From a virus (lineage: Duplodnaviria > Caudoviricetes): DNA of 29,787 nucleotides. The notes beneath the pieces were generated by a model. It saw only the letters and a list, made by a program, of their open reading frames with translations, did not search any database and was not told the origin of the DNA. This document shows, one piece after another, positions 25,814 to 29,787 of this stretch. The stretch spans positions 1-29,787 of IMG/VR virus record IMGVR_UViG_3300048606_000148. One strand, 5' to 3'. Made by a program: the position numbers and the translations under genes. Numbering within the stretch: the first letter of the stretch is position 1; each line of letters begins with the position of its first letter.

Positions 25814-25844
25814 ATGGTGGTGGCCAACACCTACAAGCGCATGT
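25814..25844 (-). promoter_or_regulatory. Putative late promoter copy 7 (ACATG-N20-CACCAT, 7 nt before in-frame GTG 25806)
   Basis: Shares AACATGCG with copy 6 and has the same spacing. Confidence 0.5.
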
Positions 25845-26151
25845 TGCGCGCCGGCTCGAAGCGGCTTGGGGACGGTGGCGTCTCTACGACGTAGTTGAGC
25901 CGAAGGTATGCGGCGATGTCGGCTTCCGCGTAGCCCGCTTTCTGCCCGACCATGATGGCTTCGCGCGCGTCCTCCAAGTTGGCGCATGCGCCCGCCCTCG
26001 CGATTCGGGACCGTGTTGCTCCCACGAGCCAAGTGCCAATGAACTGCTCGTCGCGACTTGTGGCGTAGGGGCTGCTCGCCGGCACCTGGCCGCCGCTTGG
26101 GGCGCTCGCGAGGAACGCCACGGCCGCCTCCCATTCCATCGTCGCTGTCAC
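25831..26151 (-). CDS. Hypothetical protein, 106 aa
   Basis: GTGA-coupled, fills the space before the portal gene. Confidence 0.7.
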   Translation of the reverse strand: MTATMEWEAAVAFLASAPSGGQVPASSPYATSRDEQFIGTWLVGATRSRIARAGACANLEDAREAIMVGQKAGYAEADIAAYLRLNYVVETPPSPSRFEPARNMRL

Positions 26152-26357
26152 CCCCGGATGACCCCCGCCGTCGCAACGATCTTCACGCGGGTGCTACCGC
26201 AGACCGGGCACTCCTTGGCGACCGTCGCGATGACCTCGCGACCGCCCTTCACGGGGACGTCGCTCACCCGCTGGCCGCCGAACTCGAGCGCAGCGCCGTC
26301 GTCGCGCGGGGTGCCGCAGCCGTTGCACGTCACCTTCGCGTCGAAGCGGATGCTCAT
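26148..26357 (-). CDS. Small zinc-ribbon protein, 69 aa
   Basis: CNGC and CPVC motifs; ATGA overlap at 26354-26357; 3' part of track ORF 26148..26645. Confidence 0.75.
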   Translation of the reverse strand: MSIRFDAKVTCNGCGTPRDDGAALEFGGQRVSDVPVKGGREVIATVAKECPVCGSTRVKIVATAGVIRG

Positions 26358-26587
26358 CGGACGCCTTTCGGATCGAGCCCGCAAGCTTCGAGCACGTGGG
26401 CTGCGAGCGGCGTGGGCGCGGTCGCGGCGTAGCTCAGTCGGCCAGCTGCAGCGAAAAGTCGCTCTTGCATGAACCGCTCGTAGGCCGCCTGCCGGAAACG
26501 GCGCACGGCAAGGTTCAGATCGTCGACAGGGCTGCGATCGGGCGTGTCCCAGTCGCGGTTGGGGTTCAGTCGGATCTGCTTGGGCAT
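26354..26587 (-). CDS. Hypothetical protein, 77 aa
   Basis: GGAGG 9 nt before ATG 26587, directly after the terminase stop. Confidence 0.65.
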   Translation of the reverse strand: MPKQIRLNPNRDWDTPDRSPVDDLNLAVRRFRQAAYERFMQERLFAAAGRLSYAATAPTPLAAHVLEACGLDPKGVR

Positions 26588-26589
26588 CG

Positions 26590-27972
26590 TCAAAATCCTC
26601 CCGTACTACCTGCCATCTCGCGCTTCTTCCCGCTCTTGCCGCCACTGCCAGCCTGGCGTGTCAGCATAAGCTCCGTCACGGCCCAGACAAGGGCGTCGAG
26701 CCGATTCGGCGATTCGGTCACCTCTCGGAAGTCCGTCGTGCAGAGCTCGTCCTCGAGCTGGGGGAAACACCCAACGTGATGCCCCTTGCCCTGTTCGTAG
26801 AGCGCAGCTACGGGTTCAGCGCGGGCGACCTTTCCCCGGCTCGCTCGCACCGCCCGGAACGAGACCCCAGGGTCGACGGTCCGGATTGTCAGCGCGACCA
26901 TGTCGCCCCCGTTGTTGACCTCGGCGACGATCCGGTCGGCGTCGAGGTTCGTGTAGAGGACGACCGAACGGCGTGCCCAGCGATCGGGGGAGAGGACGTC
27001 CGACACGTCCTCGAGCACGTAGAAGTGCCCGTCATACCCAAGCCCAACGGCGATGATCCCAGCCTCGTCCGACACCCCCACCTTCGCCGTCACCGAGGGG
27101 TCGATCGCCACGACGATGCGTCGCAGCGGCGGTAGGTCCTTCGGGTCGATGCGCAGCAGGTCGAGCCGCGCGCGGTTCCAAAGCGCCCCCGGGGTGTCCT
27201 CGAGGATCTCCGCGTCGAGCTCCTGCCGGCCGAGACGCGTTCCCTGATAGCGGGCGATGATCTCGTCGACGAACGCCTGGCTGAGGTTCGGTCGGTTCTC
27301 CGACGTTTTCCCGCGGACGAGGCGGACGTCAGACGCATCGAGGGATGCGCGCTTCGCCAATTCCTTGATCAAGGGCGTCGGCTTCGGCGTCGTCGTGATG
27401 CACCCACGAGGTGGAGCTCCGGCGGCGGCCAGGCGGAACCCGAAGATCAGCTGTACCCACGCGTCCGGGTAGCGCCATGAGCCGAGCTCGTCGCACCAGA
27501 AGGTGTCGCATTGCTTGCCGCGGAAGCGTTCCGGCTCGTCGGCCGACAGGCAAAGCGCGCGCGCTCCTGACCGCCACGTGAGCCGCGCCTTACTGGGTTC
27601 GTAGTCCGGTCGGTCCCAGGCCGGCGAGATCGCGAGGATGCCCGACTCCCCCTCCACCATAGTGTCGCGGATATCGCTCGCCGTCGGAGCAGCAAAGATG
27701 AGATGGCGCGCCCCCTGGACGATGCGCTTGCGAATCCACTCGCCGCCCGTGCGGGTCTTACCGAACCCGCGGCCCGCGAGGATCAGCCAATAGCGCCAGG
27801 CCCCCGTGGGCTCCCGCTGCTTTGGCCGGGCCCAAAACCCCTCCCAGTCGTACCGCAGCTGTTTGACCTCGTCGTCGGACAGCCCGTCCAGGATCGCCTG
27901 CCGTTCGGCCTCCGGGAGGTCGGAGAAGACCTGCGCCGGCGAGAGCTGTGACTCCTCATCCACCGGGGCCAT
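26590..27972 (-). CDS. terL: Terminase large subunit, 460 aa
   Basis: Walker A AGRGFGKT, Walker B FWCDE, coupling motif TTTP, nuclease VVAIDP...SPNRLDALVWA; start MAPVDEE at 27972. Confidence 0.97.
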   Translation of the reverse strand: MAPVDEESQLSPAQVFSDLPEAERQAILDGLSDDEVKQLRYDWEGFWARPKQREPTGAWRYWLILAGRGFGKTRTGGEWIRKRIVQGARHLIFAAPTASDIRDTMVEGESGILAISPAWDRPDYEPSKARLTWRSGARALCLSADEPERFRGKQCDTFWCDELGSWRYPDAWVQLIFGFRLAAAGAPPRGCITTTPKPTPLIKELAKRASLDASDVRLVRGKTSENRPNLSQAFVDEIIARYQGTRLGRQELDAEILEDTPGALWNRARLDLLRIDPKDLPPLRRIVVAIDPSVTAKVGVSDEAGIIAVGLGYDGHFYVLEDVSDVLSPDRWARRSVVLYTNLDADRIVAEVNNGGDMVALTIRTVDPGVSFRAVRASRGKVARAEPVAALYEQGKGHHVGCFPQLEDELCTTDFREVTESPNRLDALVWAVTELMLTRQAGSGGKSGKKREMAGSTGGF

Positions 27973-28438
27973 GCCCTCGGCGCTGGGCGGCGAGCGCTGC
28001 CAGCTTCGCGGCAACGTCCGACCGGATCTCGCCGACGGTGATCGGCCCGCCGTCGGGCCCGGAGTGCTCGAACTTCTCTGCCGCATCGAGGCCGGCGAGC
28101 TTCGCCTCGCGCTCGAATAACTTGACGAGCCGGTCGACCTTGCCCACCTCGCCCTTCTCCGTCGCCACCTTCCACATCGCTTGGACGAGCACGTCGATGC
28201 GGTCGAGCTGCCGCTGACGCAGCGCCTTGGTCTCGGTGACGAGCAGCGCATTCGCCTCGTCGAGCGTCTTGGTGACCATCTTGAAGACGGCCTGCGGGGT
28301 GACGCCGATCACGGCGCCGATCTCCTTGAACGTCTTCCCTTGCTTCCGGAGTCCGATGGCTTGGTTGCGGCGCTCCGCCGCCCGGATGTTCACCGGCTTC
28401 GTCTTGCGCCGTGACTTCTTGCTCCCTTTCGTTGGCAC
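27956..28438 (-). CDS. terS: Terminase small subunit (HTH)
   Basis: 160 aa. HTH GKTFKEIGAVIGVTPQAVFKMV, REAKLAGLDAAEK and C-terminal EHSGPDGGPI; overlaps the terL start. Confidence 0.88.
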   Translation of the reverse strand: MPTKGSKKSRRKTKPVNIRAAERRNQAIGLRKQGKTFKEIGAVIGVTPQAVFKMVTKTLDEANALLVTETKALRQRQLDRIDVLVQAMWKVATEKGEVGKVDRLVKLFEREAKLAGLDAAEKFEHSGPDGGPITVGEIRSDVAAKLAALAAQRRGHGPGG

Positions 28439-28453
28439 TGGAAAATCAACTCC

Positions 28454-28765
28454 TCACGTTTCAACCGAACCTGACAGGGGTTGGGCACGGGCTTGCTCTG
28501 TGGCTGTGACGTCGTCCTCGGGCAGAGGATTCTCGGAGGCCATGGCGACGCGGCAGGCTTCGAAGAGCCGTTGCTCCGCCCTCGCTCGCGCGTTGCTCTC
28601 GTCGTCGAGCCTAGTACGAAGCGCCCAGTTGACGCCCGGCCGGGGTGACATCGTGGCGACGAGAAGGCCGTCGCCGTCGATCGTGAACGTCAGGGCACCG
28701 GACGTCAGCCCCTGGTCGTCGCCTCGCCGGAGCAACCCGGCACCGTCCATGAATCGCGTCTCCAT
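28454..28765 (-). CDS. Hypothetical protein, 103 aa; paralog of 29246..29503
   Basis: GAGGT SD before ATG 28765; colinear similarity to 29246..29503. Confidence 0.8.
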   Translation of the reverse strand: METRFMDGAGLLRRGDDQGLTSGALTFTIDGDGLLVATMSPRPGVNWALRTRLDDESNARARAEQRLFEACRVAMASENPLPEDDVTATEQARAQPLSGSVET

Positions 28766-28770
28766 TCGGG

Positions 28771-28953
28771 CTACCTCACTGGTCTCTGTTCCGGCTGGTG
28801 GGTGATGTGAAAGCCGCCGCAGAGAGGGCACTCGTAGGGTCGCAGTCCCGCGGCTCCTCTGCGACGGCGAATGCTGGTCATCATCGCGCGGGCGTCGGCC
28901 TCGTCACGGTAGCGCCACTTACCTCGGCACATCCGGTAGGCGACGCCCCGCAT
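28771..28953 (-). CDS. Small phage zinc-finger protein, 60 aa
   Basis: CRGKWRY...A...LRPYECPLCGGFHIT; TGATG-coupled start at 28953. Confidence 0.82.
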   Translation of the reverse strand: MRGVAYRMCRGKWRYRDEADARAMMTSIRRRRGAAGLRPYECPLCGGFHITHQPEQRPVR

Positions 28954-29249
28954 CAGAGCGGATCCTCCAACGCCATGCGCGTGGCTTCCTCGGGCGACAG
29001 GACGGGGATCGCGGCCGCGATGGCGCGTCCCCGGCGCTGCCACTGCGCTGGGTACTCGACAACGAAGTGGCACGTCTCGGGGCAGATGCCGACGATGGCG
29101 TGGCCCCGCGGGCCGTTGGGCCATCGGATCTCCACCATCGTCCCCCCGAGAGGTCGCAGCTCGACCTCCTTCTTCGGCACGAGATCGAGGATGCGGCCTT
29201 CGCGGACAGCCACGGCAAGCTCGCGCGGGGTCCAGCGGTGCAGCGTCAT
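28953..29249 (-). CDS. Hypothetical protein, 98 aa
   Basis: ATGA and TGATG coupling on its two sides. Confidence 0.75.
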   Translation of the reverse strand: MTLHRWTPRELAVAVREGRILDLVPKKEVELRPLGGTMVEIRWPNGPRGHAIVGICPETCHFVVEYPAQWQRRGRAIAAAIPVLSPEEATRMALEDPL

Positions 29250-29503
29250 GCCCCGCTCTCCTCTCGGAATGGGTGCTCGCTCGCCAGCTTGACCCGAAAG
29301 GCCTCGTAGATGAGGCGCTCCGCCTGCGCGCGGCTCGTCCCTTTGAGGTTAACTCGCAGCGCCCATTCGACTTGGGGCCGTGACCTTATTCGACCGACGA
29401 GGCAGCCATCGACATCGACACGGAACGCGACGTGTTCCGGCTCGAGGCCGCAGTCGTCGCCGGGCCTCAACCGCCCCTCTTCACCCATGAAGTAGACCCT
29501 CAC
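29246..29503 (-). CDS. Hypothetical protein, 85 aa; paralog of 28454..28765
   Basis: GTGA overlap at 29500-29503 gives MRVYFMGEEG. Confidence 0.8.
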   Translation of the reverse strand: MRVYFMGEEGRLRPGDDCGLEPEHVAFRVDVDGCLVGRIRSRPQVEWALRVNLKGTSRAQAERLIYEAFRVKLASEHPFREESGA

Positions 29504-29706
29504 AGCGTCCGCGCCTCGACCTCGAAGCCCTGCTCGGTGAGCCACTCGAGCAGCATCGCTTGCTGCTTCGCGTCGGGGCACCAGGCGACGACGGCGAGGC
29601 GGCGCTCGGGGGTCTTCTTCGGGGTCGCTCGGCGCGCGCGCGGCATCTCTGGCGGCGGGGGCCGGAGCGTGTCGGCGGCATCGATGTGAACTGCTGCGTT
29701 GTCCAT
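29500..29706 (-). CDS. Hypothetical protein, 68 aa
   Basis: AGGTG SD. C-terminal VVAWCPDAKQQAMLLEWLTEQGFEVEA resembles a small domain seen at the end of phage ParB/methylase-associated proteins. Confidence 0.7.
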   Translation of the reverse strand: MDNAAVHIDAADTLRPPPPEMPRARRATPKKTPERRLAVVAWCPDAKQQAMLLEWLTEQGFEVEARTL

Positions 29707-29710
29707 GGCG

Positions 29711-29787
29711 TCACCTTTCCAGGCTCGCCCCGATGGTCGGGTGCGTCGCCTCTTCTTGTTTTTCGACTTCGTCTGAGGCCGCTGGGC
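29711..29787 (-). CDS. 3' end of an upstream gene (partial)
   Basis: Open frame ...PAASDEVEKQEEATHPTIGASLER with TGA at 29713-29711. Confidence 0.45.
   Translation of the reverse strand, partial: PAASDEVEKQEEATHPTIGASLER

Larger units (their letters stand above)
1..29787 (-). mobile_element. Phage/prophage virion morphogenesis region (myovirus-type, Mu-like head, tail and baseplate order); both ends lie outside the window
   Basis: Co-oriented, translationally coupled ORFs in canonical order: terminase, portal, MuF, protease, capsid, sheath, tube, tape measure, baseplate, fibres. Confidence 0.96.

Noticed and set aside
1-29787. Calling the element a transposable Mu-like phage
   Set aside because: Only structural genes resemble Mu; no transposase or ends are in the window, so replication mode and integration state cannot be determined

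Overview
This GC-rich window is the morphogenesis region of a contractile-tailed (myovirus-type) phage or prophage with Mu-like structural gene order, almost all on the minus strand. Read from the right end, it encodes small pre-packaging ORFs, terminase small and large subunits, three small ORFs, portal, MuF, protease/scaffold, decoration protein, major capsid, head-tail joining proteins, sheath, tube, tail chaperone, tape measure, baseplate proteins and tail fibre/spike genes running off the left edge. One plus-strand lipoprotein gene is inserted into the baseplate cluster. The host is probably a myxobacterium (inference only). No integrase, transposase, lysis, RNA or CRISPR features are visible. 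The main unexplained signal is a fixed-geometry motif, AC(C/A)TG-N20-(T/G/C)AnnnT, found seven times at module boundaries. Six copies sit 6-8 nt before a start codon with no Shine-Dalgarno, suggesting a phage late-promoter system making leaderless mRNAs. Other notable points are a -1 frameshift site in the tail chaperone, a nested scaffold start, a tail-terminator-like protein carrying a baseplate-J-like domain, a Leu/Pro repeat protein after the spike, and a paralogous pair of small unknown genes. All family calls come from motif recognition and synteny, not from database searches.
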